64,000 nt of DNA from an uncultured virus (IMG/VR IMGVR_UViG_3300037601_000035) (taxonomy: Duplodnaviria > Heunggongvirae > Uroviricota > Caudoviricetes). The DNA lies in the IMG/VR virus record IMGVR_UViG_3300037601_000035; one strand, given 5' to 3'. The notes beneath the pieces were generated by a model, which searched no databases, was not told the origin of the DNA, and worked only from the letters and a program-made list of their open reading frames with translations. How positions within the stretch are numbered: position 1 is the first letter of the stretch; every line of letters begins with the position of its first letter. Made by a program: the position numbers and the translations under genes. Below, in pieces: positions 38,810-48,379 of the stretch.

Positions 38810-39760
38810 ATGTTTGGTTTATCGTGTAGAAAAAGAGGTGCTGAAGAAAAAACTACTTTAGAAAAAAATAAAATACAAGAAGAAAAATCTATAATTAAAC
38901 AAGATGTAAGGAAAGAAATTACTTCTGAAATATTAGAATATCAGGATTCTGAAATTTCAAAAGAAGAAGAACTTAAAAAAGAATTAGAAAAATTATCTGC
39001 TGGTGATGAATCAAAGAAGTTAGATCAATTAAAAAAATATGATTTTTTGGACAGTTTTAATTATGAAGAATTAATCGATTTAAGAAATAAAAAATATACA
39101 ATAGAACAAAATTTGATAATGATAGAAGGATTAAAATATTTTAAAGAAAAATGTCCCGAAAATAAAATAATTACTCATAGAAAATTAACAGAATTATCTA
39201 ACAAATATTTTTTAGGGCTTTATAAATCTGCAAGATATACCCAAGAAGTGCCATCTTTAGAAATAGATAAAATTTCAAAATTAAAAATCCCTTATGATGA
39301 TTTAGTTTATTCATTATCTTTAAAATCTTTTTTACTGGGTGACTATGACCACTACGATGATTATAACTATGATAAAAAAGAAATTGATAAAATTTTTAAA
39401 GAAGGAAATTTTAAAGTAGAAGAAGAAAGAAAAAAAGATAAATTTAATTTGGTTAATAAATACGTTTTTGCTCCTATTAAATATAACTCACGTATAGAAC
39501 ATGCCTATGAAAGTTATGTTACACGTGGAATAAATGAATTGTCCGCACAAGATTATACAGATATTGATAAATATGAAAAATATCATAATAATGAAATTGC
39601 ATGCTATCTTCTACCACTTCATTATAATTCTATTAAAGGAAAAGATCAAGAAAAAGAATTTAATAGACTAATACAATATGGTGAATTTTATTTAATAGCG
39701 GGTGGCCCGTGGGAAGTAGAATCTTCAAATAAATCTTTAAATGAAATAAAAGAAAAATAA
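38810..39760 (+). CDS. Hypothetical protein related to 59569
   Basis: KIIT..L..L..KY.L..Y..EVP. Confidence 0.6.
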   Translation: MFGLSCRKRGAEEKTTLEKNKIQEEKSIIKQDVRKEITSEILEYQDSEISKEEELKKELEKLSAGDESKKLDQLKKYDFLDSFNYEELIDLRNKKYTIEQNLIMIEGLKYFKEKCPENKIITHRKLTELSNKYFLGLYKSARYTQEVPSLEIDKISKLKIPYDDLVYSLSLKSFLLGDYDHYDDYNYDKKEIDKIFKEGNFKVEEERKKDKFNLVNKYVFAPIKYNSRIEHAYESYVTRGINELSAQDYTDIDKYEKYHNNEIACYLLPLHYNSIKGKDQEKEFNRLIQYGEFYLIAGGPWEVESSNKSLNEIKEK

Positions 39761-39761
39761 A

Positions 39762-40454
39762 ATGAAATTCAATTATCATTTCATATTATTAACTTTTACA
39801 ATTTGTATCTGGAGCTACCTTTTATTTTCTATATCATACAAATTAATTAAAGAGTATTTACATCATAAAGATTGGGTTACTTATAAAAAATACTATAAAT
39901 TTACTTATAGAGAATTTATAAATATTTATAAAAGTAATCCTGATGATATAACAACAGAAGAAGACATTAACCCAGATTATACACTCACTGATTATTATAA
40001 TTTTGTACATTATAAACATAGATTAATACTATTTAACAGTATTATTAGTTATGCAATGTTTAAAATTTGGAAATTCAAACAAAACATCCTTTCAGAAAGT
40101 AATAGAATTTTATCTGTTAGAGAAAGTAAAATAAATAGACAAATAAATAAAAAAGAATATCCAAACACTTGGAGTGAAGAAATTTTAAATGAAGATAATT
40201 TTTTAATGATAGAAAAAATTCTTAATTCTATAATCAGTAATCATTATCCAACAGAATATTTAGAATTAAATCAAAATTTATCAAAAAAAGAAAAAGAATT
40301 AGTATTTGATACTATTATAAAAAATGATCTTTTTGATCACCTTACTAAAAATAAAGTATTTAAAAATTTTGAAATTAAAAATAGTAGGAATGAAAATTCA
40401 AAACAAAAAAATATTCATAAAGTAAAACAACTTTTAGAAAAAACCTTTTTATAA
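39762..40454 (+). CDS. TM + KYYKFT module + family B domain
   Basis: IEKILNSIISNHYPTEYLEL. Confidence 0.65.
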   Translation: MKFNYHFILLTFTICIWSYLLFSISYKLIKEYLHHKDWVTYKKYYKFTYREFINIYKSNPDDITTEEDINPDYTLTDYYNFVHYKHRLILFNSIISYAMFKIWKFKQNILSESNRILSVRESKINRQINKKEYPNTWSEEILNEDNFLMIEKILNSIISNHYPTEYLELNQNLSKKEKELVFDTIIKNDLFDHLTKNKVFKNFEIKNSRNENSKQKNIHKVKQLLEKTFL

Positions 40455-40455
40455 T
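40428..40455 (+). promoter_or_regulatory. Putative middle promoter CAACTTTT-N14-TATAAT
   Basis: Same spacing as other copies; ends just before a gene start. Confidence 0.5.
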
Positions 40456-40457
40456 TT

Positions 40458-40727
40458 TTGGATATGTTAATTATGGATTTTAAAAAATTAGAAGGAAAAA
40501 ATTGGTCACTAGAAATTAAATACGACGATAAGTTACAACAAATTCATTGGAAAGATAATAAGACATTTAAAAATTTTATATGTGTTCATTCAAATGAAAT
40601 AGGTTTAATTTCTAGGGAGATGTCAAAAGAATTAAAGAAGGGAGAAATTGGATCTCTAAAAATAGAAAAACAATTCTATGATAAATTTATTAACTATGCT
40701 GAAGAGTCAATTAACCTAGGACTTTAA
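40458..40727 (+). CDS. Paralog family A protein (N-module only)
   Basis: GKNWSLEIKYDD...W. Confidence 0.6.
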   Translation: MDMLIMDFKKLEGKNWSLEIKYDDKLQQIHWKDNKTFKNFICVHSNEIGLISREMSKELKKGEIGSLKIEKQFYDKFINYAEESINLGL

Positions 40728-40733
40728 AAAATA

Positions 40734-40782
40734 TTTTTTTATTTAAAAAATTTTTCTTATATTACATCATATTCAATTAACA
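40734..40782 (+). promoter_or_regulatory. Putative early promoter, copy 4
   Basis: Repeat motif plus leader. Confidence 0.8.
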
Positions 40783-40798
40783 CTTAGAGAAAAATACA

Positions 40799-41083
40799 AT
40801 GGATAACAAAAAATTATTATATGAAGCAACACATCTAGATACTGATACTTTAGCTGAAGCATTTGGTATTTTGTATGGATCTGAATGGAAAAAGAAACTT
40901 AATAATTCTGCAAAAGCAGCAGATATTGTATCTGTTTTGAGAGATGGTTCACGACCGTGTGTTGCCACAGAAAATTGGTTTTCTTTTGTAGATTTTATTA
41001 AAGAAAAAGTTAAAGAAAATGATAGAGTAATAAAAAGTCAAACTTTTGATAATGACTTCTTTGGGGTTACAAATGAAAGTTGA
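40799..41083 (+). CDS. 5' part of a probably split family A gene
   Basis: Ends SQTFDNDFF, resembling ERTFDNPNF in 36267. Confidence 0.55.
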   Translation: MDNKKLLYEATHLDTDTLAEAFGILYGSEWKKKLNNSAKAADIVSVLRDGSRPCVATENWFSFVDFIKEKVKENDRVIKSQTFDNDFFGVTNES

Positions 41084-41465
41084 TTTTAAATATAAAGTTT
41101 CTGAAAAATGTCTAATAGATTATGTAAGGCCTACTCAATTATACACTACTAATTTTCCTACATTTGGAATGCTTAGCGCAGAAAGCACAATTTCTTTAGA
41201 AAAAACTAATATTTCTTTTGAAGAAATATGTGATAATTTAAAAGAAATAGAAAAAGACATCTGTAAAGATTTTGTTTCTTATGAAGAAGTATTAGATGAA
41301 GTAAAAGATCTTAAAGGAATAGAATTATATAAAGGCTTTGGAAAATACAAATGTAAAGATTTAAGATATGGAGATCATTGGAAGCCTTTACAAGAATATT
41401 CAATTATCTTTTTTGATAATCCTACTCCATTTAAAAAAGATTTAATTAAGATTAAAAGGAGATAA
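41046..41465 (+). CDS. 3' part of a family A gene (ATG at 41073)
   Basis: FPTFGM..NISFEEIC..YEEVLDEV..LIKIKRR aligns to 36267 C-terminus. Confidence 0.6.
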   Translation: MIMTSLGLQMKVDFKYKVSEKCLIDYVRPTQLYTTNFPTFGMLSAESTISLEKTNISFEEICDNLKEIEKDICKDFVSYEEVLDEVKDLKGIELYKGFGKYKCKDLRYGDHWKPLQEYSIIFFDNPTPFKKDLIKIKRR

Positions 41466-41470
41466 TTTAA

Positions 41471-42100
41471 ATGAATGAAATTTTTGCAGCTATTTTAACT
41501 ATAGGAACTATTGCTATAATAATAATGTTTTTCTTGTGGTTAATTGTAACACTTCCTTTTTATCTTGACCATAAAAAATGGTTGACTATGAGAAAATATC
41601 ATAGCTTTACATTTAAAGAATTTAAAAAAGAAGCAGAAGAATATAAAGTTGAATATTATACAAGCAATACTTTAATATATCCAGAACTAGGAGGTTACCC
41701 GGTAGTATTTACAAATTATTTTGAACGTATTAAATTTAGAATATGGAACATGTTCGAAAAAAGAAGAAACCAAAAAGAAGTTGAAGAAAGCAATAAGATT
41801 AAAAAAGCAAAACCGAAAAAAGAATACAATCTTGATATTAAAGATATATCAAAAGATAGTATAGATGAAATTTCAGAATCTTTAAATTTTATATTAAGTG
41901 AATATGATCCGGAATTATATTTAGCATTAATAGATGATAATTGTACAAATAAAGAAGAGTTAATAGAAAATTTAATTTCTAATAAAGATTTTGTAAGTAA
42001 ATGTCATTCAAGCGGAAGTCTTAGACCTACTAAAACTACTAAAGTACTTTTACGTCAAATAATGAAACAAATGTTTATTAAAAAGGAAACTATATCATGA
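41471..42100 (+). CDS. TM + KYHSFTFKEF module + family B domain
   Basis: ISESLNFILSEYDPELYLAL. Confidence 0.65.
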   Translation: MNEIFAAILTIGTIAIIIMFFLWLIVTLPFYLDHKKWLTMRKYHSFTFKEFKKEAEEYKVEYYTSNTLIYPELGGYPVVFTNYFERIKFRIWNMFEKRRNQKEVEESNKIKKAKPKKEYNLDIKDISKDSIDEISESLNFILSEYDPELYLALIDDNCTNKEELIENLISNKDFVSKCHSSGSLRPTKTTKVLLRQIMKQMFIKKETIS

Positions 42101-42303
42101 GCCAAACAGAAAAATTAGAAAGACTTTATAAAGAAGTAACTAATAGAATTCAAAAAGAAAGACAAGAAAGAGATTTGATAAAAGAAGAAAATTATGAAAA
42201 ACATTCAATATCATATTTTACAGATAAATCTCAATCTTTGGGAAGATCTGAAGGACTTGTATTAGCATTGCATTTAATAAAAGAGGAAATGGAAAGCAAA
42301 TGA
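42097..42303 (+). CDS. Hypothetical protein
   Basis: Coupled ORF. Confidence 0.55.
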   Translation: MSQTEKLERLYKEVTNRIQKERQERDLIKEENYEKHSISYFTDKSQSLGRSEGLVLALHLIKEEMESK

Positions 42304-42578
42304 AAATAGAAACTCTAGCTCTCGTAATCGGACTTACGACTATATCATTAATTTTTATTGGAATTTTTTACGATTTATACAAGCAATATAAAACAGCAAT
42401 AGAATTACTTAAAACATCTAATCAAACAATTAAGGCATTTAAAGATGAAATAGTAGAAGGATGTTTTGATTTAGGATATTTCAAAGTATCTTTAAAAGAA
42501 GACTATAAAACATTTACTTATTGGAAAGCTTTAAAATTAACTTTTTTACCTATTAAAGGAGAAGAAAATGAAGAATAA
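42300..42578 (+). CDS. Membrane-anchored protein
   Basis: N-terminal TM. Confidence 0.55.
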   Translation: MKIETLALVIGLTTISLIFIGIFYDLYKQYKTAIELLKTSNQTIKAFKDEIVEGCFDLGYFKVSLKEDYKTFTYWKALKLTFLPIKGEENEE

Positions 42579-42789
42579 ACAAAAAATGTATTTACTATAT
42601 GGTATAGTTTATACAGTGTCATTGTTTTTAATATTTGTACTTACATCAAATATACTAGCAATGTTTATAGGAGATAATTTTGTTTCAAATATTATATCTC
42701 TTATAATATCAGTTCTTCTTTGGCTTCGTTTTATTCCATATTGGAATAACGGATTTAAAGAAGTAAAAGACATGATTATTAACAACTAA
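42568..42789 (+). CDS. Two-TM protein
   Basis: AGGAG RBS; hydrophobic. Confidence 0.6.
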   Translation: MKNKQKMYLLYGIVYTVSLFLIFVLTSNILAMFIGDNFVSNIISLIISVLLWLRFIPYWNNGFKEVKDMIINN

Positions 42790-42975
42790 AAGGCAATATT
42801 TGATTAGAAATATATTATTGTTTTTAGGATTTGGACAAGACGGTTTTAAATTAATTAAAGGATCAAGTGAAGATCTTACACAAACAGAAGAAAATAAAGT
42901 TCATAGATTTTTTATAGTTTTATTTTATATTCTTCTAGCAATGGTTATAATTTACATAATTTATGGTTTACTTAA

Positions 42976-43245
42976 ATGATTACTACAACTATAGATGAAT
43001 TTACTTTAAAAATTTTAAAAAATACTGAAGTCCAAAAAGATCAAATAAAATTAGAAGTAAATTCATTTATAGATTCTTTAAAAGAAAATAAAATACTTAC
43101 TTTAAAAAACTTAAATTGTAAAGTAATAGATTTTCAAATTTCGGGTTACTTTGAAAAAGAATTCAGAAAAGATATAATTGAAATATTAGCAGAACTTAGA
43201 AGATGTTTAGAAATTAAAAATTTAGAATTAAAAGATGTATATTAA
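42976..43245 (+). CDS. Hypothetical protein
   Basis: ORF in operon. Confidence 0.55.
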   Translation: MITTTIDEFTLKILKNTEVQKDQIKLEVNSFIDSLKENKILTLKNLNCKVIDFQISGYFEKEFRKDIIEILAELRRCLEIKNLELKDVY

Positions 43246-43338
43246 AGCACCAAAGAAAAAGCATTTAGAAAAAATGAAAGACCCTAAAATTAAAGTTAAA
43301 GAATTAAGAGAATATAGAAAAAAGTATTTGGGTAAAAG

Positions 43339-43581
43339 ATGAATATTTTTAAATTAGAATATAAATCAAGATGCTGTTGGTTAGAATGCTTTTTTGAAAG
43401 TACTAAAGAAGATATGGATACTACTAGATTCGAAAGAGATAGCAATCAGTTGATTATTAAATATAGAAATAAAGGAATGGACGAACACGATCTTTTTTAT
43501 AGATTACAAGAAGATTTACTTGAACTTGGATATAAAAAATGTGAAGATCCTATAAATTCAACAATCAGATTAGGGGATTAA
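43339..43581 (+). CDS. Hypothetical protein
   Basis: ORF in operon. Confidence 0.55.
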   Translation: MNIFKLEYKSRCCWLECFFESTKEDMDTTRFERDSNQLIIKYRNKGMDEHDLFYRLQEDLLELGYKKCEDPINSTIRLGD

Positions 43582-43583
43582 AT

Positions 43584-44282
43584 ATGGATATTTTCTTAGA
43601 TGTATTATTATTTTTATCATTAATAGCAGGAGCTACTGTAATTATTTTTAGTATTTTTGGAACAGTAGAGTTAATAGTAGGCTTTAGAGATTCGAAAGAA
43701 AGTATTTTAGAAGAAAAATATTATAAGCTTACTTTTAAAAAATTTTTAGAAATTTATAAACAGAATCCGAAAAAAATAAGAAGTTGGGATTTTAGGGACT
43801 ATCCAGAAATAGATAGAGTTCCTGTTTTATTTACATTTATAGATTATTTAAAATTTAAATGGTGGAATTTTAAAAAGAACAGAGCTGAAGAAAAGCAAGA
43901 ACAGTTAGAAAATGAACAACAATATAAAGAAAATGAAATAGAGTTTACGGAATGTTTACAAATAGATGAAGATATTTTAAAAGAAGAAAATTTCTTAGAA
44001 ATGGAAGTAATAGTAAATAATGTAATAAGTGAAAATTTTCCTAGTATCTATTTATTATTAGATCAAATGGAAGATGAAAACAAATTTAATACTTTAATAG
44101 AATCATTATTAGATGATAAAAACTTAAATAAAACTTTTATATTATTTATGAATATTAGAAATAAAAAATATCTTAAAGATAAAAGTTTTCATCATTCTGT
44201 AGGATGGAACATAGAACAAGAAAATAGAAAAATAATAGAAAAAATGATCAAAAGATCTTTTGTTTGGGAGAAAATGGAATGA
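43584..44282 (+). CDS. TM + KYYKLTFKKF module + family B domain
   Basis: MEVIVNNVISENFPSIYLLL. Confidence 0.65.
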   Translation: MDIFLDVLLFLSLIAGATVIIFSIFGTVELIVGFRDSKESILEEKYYKLTFKKFLEIYKQNPKKIRSWDFRDYPEIDRVPVLFTFIDYLKFKWWNFKKNRAEEKQEQLENEQQYKENEIEFTECLQIDEDILKEENFLEMEVIVNNVISENFPSIYLLLDQMEDENKFNTLIESLLDDKNLNKTFILFMNIRNKKYLKDKSFHHSVGWNIEQENRKIIEKMIKRSFVWEKME

Positions 44283-44806
44283 AACCAGAATCAAGAAAAA
44301 ACTTAGACTGGAGCAAACATGACTTAATTATTAAAAAGACTGAGGACATAATAATTCATCATTTAAAGAAATCTGATACTACTTCTCAAAACATAAAATT
44401 TACTAATTTTGATGATGTTTTAGTTGTAACAGGATCTTACGGAAATTATATTTTTTGCAAATCTTTTTATCCAAACCCAGAAGGAAGAGTAAGTGATGAC
44501 TATTGGTTAGAAAAATTAACAATGAATTCTTGCCAAGAACCAGAAGAATTTGATCCTGAAGAAACAATAAAAGAAATAGATGAAAAATTAAAAAATCCTG
44601 ATTTAACAGAAGAAGAAAAAGAATATTTTGAAGACATCAAAAGCTATGTAGATGAACCTTATGATGGTTATTATATAGTACATTTAATTGAAAAATTACC
44701 AAAGTCTATTGACTATGATGATGTTCCTCATATAAGGAAAATCATTTCTCGTCTTTTATATGTATTTGATGCATTTGAAGAAATTTGTAGGAGATTAAAA
44801 AAATGA
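44279..44806 (+). CDS. Conserved phage protein
   Basis: LVVTGSYGNYIF..DYWLEKL motif; alternative start 44264. Confidence 0.7.
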   Translation: MKPESRKNLDWSKHDLIIKKTEDIIIHHLKKSDTTSQNIKFTNFDDVLVVTGSYGNYIFCKSFYPNPEGRVSDDYWLEKLTMNSCQEPEEFDPEETIKEIDEKLKNPDLTEEEKEYFEDIKSYVDEPYDGYYIVHLIEKLPKSIDYDDVPHIRKIISRLLYVFDAFEEICRRLKK

Positions 44807-45063
44807 ATTTACTTCAAAAAATATTAAAAAGAAGATTTCTTAAAAAAGAAATAAAGGAGACAGATAAAAAGATTGAAGATCTTCAAGAAGATCTCGCAAT
44901 TTTTGGAATGGCATATTTGTTAGGTTCTAAAGAAGAAAGAAAACATACACATACTTATGCAAATAAAAGATATAAACAATATGAGGAAGAAGAAGATAAA
45001 TTAAAATCTCATAAAAATAATCTTCTACTAGAATTAAAAAGTATAAAATATTTAAGGTACTAA
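44803..45063 (+). CDS. Hypothetical coiled-coil protein
   Basis: Coupled ORF. Confidence 0.55.
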   Translation: MNLLQKILKRRFLKKEIKETDKKIEDLQEDLAIFGMAYLLGSKEERKHTHTYANKRYKQYEEEEDKLKSHKNNLLLELKSIKYLRY

Positions 45064-45064
45064 A

Positions 45065-45643
45065 ATGAAACAAACAGAATTTGTTTGTATGAAATCAGAT
45101 GTTCGAGAAACAGATTTATGGAGAGATATGTACGATACATCTGAAAAAGAGAAAAGAGAATTTATAAATAGAATGGATTCAAAATTAAAAGAGGTTGTTT
45201 TGGAAAAGTTTGCTACTTATTTAAAAGATGTTTTTAAAGTAAAAGAAGCAATAAAAATGCCAATGGAAAAATATACTTTAATTCATTTTAAAGTTGAAGA
45301 AGAAATTGAAAATATAATTTCTTCTAGATTTCCTGAAAATTATTTACTTCTTTTAGATTCGTCTGTCTCTATAGAAGAAAAAATTAAAATGTTGGTTTCC
45401 TTTTTAGAAGATCAGTACAAACAATATAATTTTAAAAATAAATTTGATCACTACCCTACTCCTTATAATTACAATCATACTTTTTATTCTTTAAGAAATG
45501 AATTAGAAGAAAATTATGAAGAAGAATGTAATGAAATATATTCTCAGATACAAGAAAATATTCCTTTGTATTCTAAAGGAGACATGTCTTATATTCTTAT
45601 TTTTTGGATTATGGTAAATAGATTTATGTCAAATGAAAATTAA
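45065..45643 (+). CDS. Paralog family B protein
   Basis: VEEEIENIISSRFPENYLLLLD..EEK. Confidence 0.65.
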   Translation: MKQTEFVCMKSDVRETDLWRDMYDTSEKEKREFINRMDSKLKEVVLEKFATYLKDVFKVKEAIKMPMEKYTLIHFKVEEEIENIISSRFPENYLLLLDSSVSIEEKIKMLVSFLEDQYKQYNFKNKFDHYPTPYNYNHTFYSLRNELEENYEEECNEIYSQIQENIPLYSKGDMSYILIFWIMVNRFMSNEN

Positions 45644-46169
45644 ATTTAAAATATTTAGGTACTTTGTTTTAAAACTATATTTAAAAGGATTTATAAAAGA
45701 AGATAATGATTATAGTAGATTAAAAATTATACAATTGTTTTTTCAGGTTTATGTTTTAGCTACTTCATTAATTAAAGAAGAAAAAATTTTTATTAATTCA
45801 TTTGAATGGAAAGCTTATCCTTTAGGACCAAAGGAAGAAGAAATCCATGAAGCATTAAAAGAAGATTATTTTAAAAGACAATTTAAAATAGACGATCATA
45901 AAACAACTATACTTTTATTTAAAGTTCTTGAATCTTCTGAAATAACAGAAGAAGATATAGATGATCCAGATGTTCCAGAAGAAATTAAAAATTTTATAAA
46001 TGCATACTTGGATAAATTTCCTCATTTGTTTGAATATGGAGTATCAGAATTAATTCAAATTTTACAAAAATATAAATGTTGGGAAAATGCATATAATAAC
46101 CGAACTAAAACAAATGTTATTACATTAAAAAGTATACAGGAAGAAAAGAATATTTACGTATACAAATAA
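45633..46169 (+). CDS. Panacea/SocA-like (DUF4065) protein
   Basis: RLKIIQLFF..Y, WKAYPLGP, SELI, WENAY. Confidence 0.55.
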   Translation: MKIKFKIFRYFVLKLYLKGFIKEDNDYSRLKIIQLFFQVYVLATSLIKEEKIFINSFEWKAYPLGPKEEEIHEALKEDYFKRQFKIDDHKTTILLFKVLESSEITEEDIDDPDVPEEIKNFINAYLDKFPHLFEYGVSELIQILQKYKCWENAYNNRTKTNVITLKSIQEEKNIYVYK

Positions 46170-46181
46170 GGAGAAAATTAA

Positions 46182-47138
46182 ATGAGAAATGATATTAAAG
46201 ATAGCTTAGTTTCTATAAAATATGGAAACATTAAAATACAATTAAAATATGATACTGAAACAGGTATACTTATATGGATTAATTCATCTAAAAATTTTCC
46301 AGAAAATATTGACGGAGGATTGGTTAAACCCTTTAATCATCGAACGAATGGAGCTTTAAAAATAAGTTTAGATACAGCAAATAAGATTTTAACTGCATTA
46401 GAAGATAAACCTAAATTAGAGTTCAATATAAAAACTCCTTACTATTCTTTAACAGTTTGGGAAACGGTAGTATCTATGGGAGTAGATGTTCATCAAATAG
46501 ATTCTTCTTTTGTTTATAATCATCCATCAAACGATTCATCAGAAGTATCTTTTTCTGGAGTAGATTTTTTGAAAACGGGACTAAGTTCAAAAGAAATGCC
46601 TAAAATTGGAAGTGTTGGATCTTTTAGTATTTTTAAAAAAGATTGTTCATATAGTTTTGAAGAAATGTATGAAGCTTTTAAAAGAGCAGAAAAAGAACAC
46701 AATCAAATGGGAGCGTTGAACAATAAAAACACAAAGGATGATTTACAAGTAACGTATACTTATAAAGGAAAAGAAATTTCTAAAGAAGAATATGAAAAAA
46801 GAAAGTCTTCTATTGAAGAAAAGAAAGATGTCATAGAAGATAAAAATAGTAAATTAGAAGAAGACCTGAATAAACAACTACAAATAGAATTAAAAAAATA
46901 TGGTGTAGTTGATGTTTATTATACTTCTCATACTATCTTAGTAAGACCTTCTATAAGTATTTTACTTCCTAAAAAAGTTAATGATACTTTTAGGGATGAC
47001 ATAACAAGAGAAGTATTAGATATTGTTCCACATAATATTTATATTAAATGGCATATTTTAGAAAATACTATAAAAGCCTTACATACTCAACTTGCGCCAA
47101 ACGATTCGCTTGATGCTACCGGAGAAGAACTATGTTAG
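46182..47138 (+). CDS. Paralog family A protein with C-terminal extension
   Basis: IQLKYDTET..W; TVWET..MGV; SYSFEEMYEAFKRAE. Confidence 0.65.
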   Translation: MRNDIKDSLVSIKYGNIKIQLKYDTETGILIWINSSKNFPENIDGGLVKPFNHRTNGALKISLDTANKILTALEDKPKLEFNIKTPYYSLTVWETVVSMGVDVHQIDSSFVYNHPSNDSSEVSFSGVDFLKTGLSSKEMPKIGSVGSFSIFKKDCSYSFEEMYEAFKRAEKEHNQMGALNNKNTKDDLQVTYTYKGKEISKEEYEKRKSSIEEKKDVIEDKNSKLEEDLNKQLQIELKKYGVVDVYYTSHTILVRPSISILLPKKVNDTFRDDITREVLDIVPHNIYIKWHILENTIKALHTQLAPNDSLDATGEELC

Positions 47139-47163
47139 AAGATAATCCAAATGAGGAATAAAT

Positions 47164-47709
47164 ATGGAAAAGAAAGACTTCGAGAATCTTTATAAAAAGA
47201 TAGATCACATTGTATCATACATAATAAGCAAAGAAAATGAAAAGATTGTACCTAAACATAGAATTTATCATTTGCTTTCAGATGGTGTAATTTTTTATTT
47301 AAAAAAATATTCTATTTTTATTGATCTAAAAAGTTTTGAACTTTCTAAAAGAGATCTTAAAAAATTAGTAGATGATGAAATATTAAATCAAGATCTTTAT
47401 CATACATTTAAAGATTCTATTTATTCTTATGTACTTGCTACTCCATTAAAAGATATAGAAATTTCAGAAGAAACTTTTAATGAAATAAAAAGAGAGTGGA
47501 GAAAAACTGTAATTCTAAATAAAATAGAAGAAAGAAAAAGCAAACTTTATTTTCAAACAAATAAAGAAAAATTTAAGAATATTTTAAAAGAAATAATTGA
47601 AAATAAAAAACGAATGCTGGAAGATACAAAACAAGAATATTTAAAAATACAAGAAACTTTAAAAAATGAATTAGGAAATGATTATTTAATAGGATTAGAA
47701 AATGAGTAA
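47164..47709 (+). CDS. Hypothetical protein
   Basis: GAGG RBS. Confidence 0.6.
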   Translation: MEKKDFENLYKKIDHIVSYIISKENEKIVPKHRIYHLLSDGVIFYLKKYSIFIDLKSFELSKRDLKKLVDDEILNQDLYHTFKDSIYSYVLATPLKDIEISEETFNEIKREWRKTVILNKIEERKSKLYFQTNKEKFKNILKEIIENKKRMLEDTKQEYLKIQETLKNELGNDYLIGLENE

Positions 47710-48109
47710 TAAAAAATACACGAGAGAAGAACTAATTTCTATATGCGAAGATGCTGTAGTACATCATTCAAATTGGCAAGATAGAGATAGTTATCTTTCC
47801 CAATTAAGCGTTCAAGCAATTTATAAAGGACTTACAGCAGGTTTAGATTTTACTATTGGAGATTCGACAACCTATAAATCAATTTGGATAACATTTACCC
47901 GTCCTATAAATATGGAAAAATTAGAAACTGGAAAATATTTAGAAATTTCTTCAAGAGAAGAATACTTTGAAGAATGTGATCCTGAAAGAGAAACCGAAAT
48001 GTTTGATAGTTATACAAATGGAATAGACTGGAACGGATCATATACAACTTCTTATTTACCTACAAGAAAACGATTAGAAGAAAGAGGACTAGGAGAAGAC
48101 TGGACGTGA
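47702..48109 (+). CDS. Conserved phage protein
   Basis: YTREELISICEDAVV..W.DRDS..YLPTRKRL..DW. Confidence 0.65.
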   Translation: MSNKKYTREELISICEDAVVHHSNWQDRDSYLSQLSVQAIYKGLTAGLDFTIGDSTTYKSIWITFTRPINMEKLETGKYLEISSREEYFEECDPERETEMFDSYTNGIDWNGSYTTSYLPTRKRLEERGLGEDWT

Positions 48110-48318
48110 AAAAACAGTTTTGTATTAAGATTTTAAAAGATGACAAGAAAATAGGATGGTGGAAAAAAGGATCTTCTACATATCCTCCTATTACAGAAGA
48201 TTTAAAAAGAGCTACTAAAATAGAAGATCAAAATATTGCTATGAATGCAATGCTAAGACTTTCAGAACTTTTTAGAGACTATAATTTTACTGTTCAAAAA
48301 CTTAAAAGTGTAAAATAA
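48106..48318 (+). CDS. Hypothetical protein
   Basis: GTGA-coupled ORF. Confidence 0.55.
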   Translation: MKKQFCIKILKDDKKIGWWKKGSSTYPPITEDLKRATKIEDQNIAMNAMLRLSELFRDYNFTVQKLKSVK

Positions 48319-48366
48319 TTTTTTTATTTAAAAATTTTTTCTTATATTACACTATATTCAATTAAC
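48319..48366 (+). promoter_or_regulatory. Putative early promoter, copy 5
   Basis: Repeat motif with one A>T change, plus leader. Confidence 0.8.
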
Positions 48367-48379
48367 TTTAGAGAGAAAA

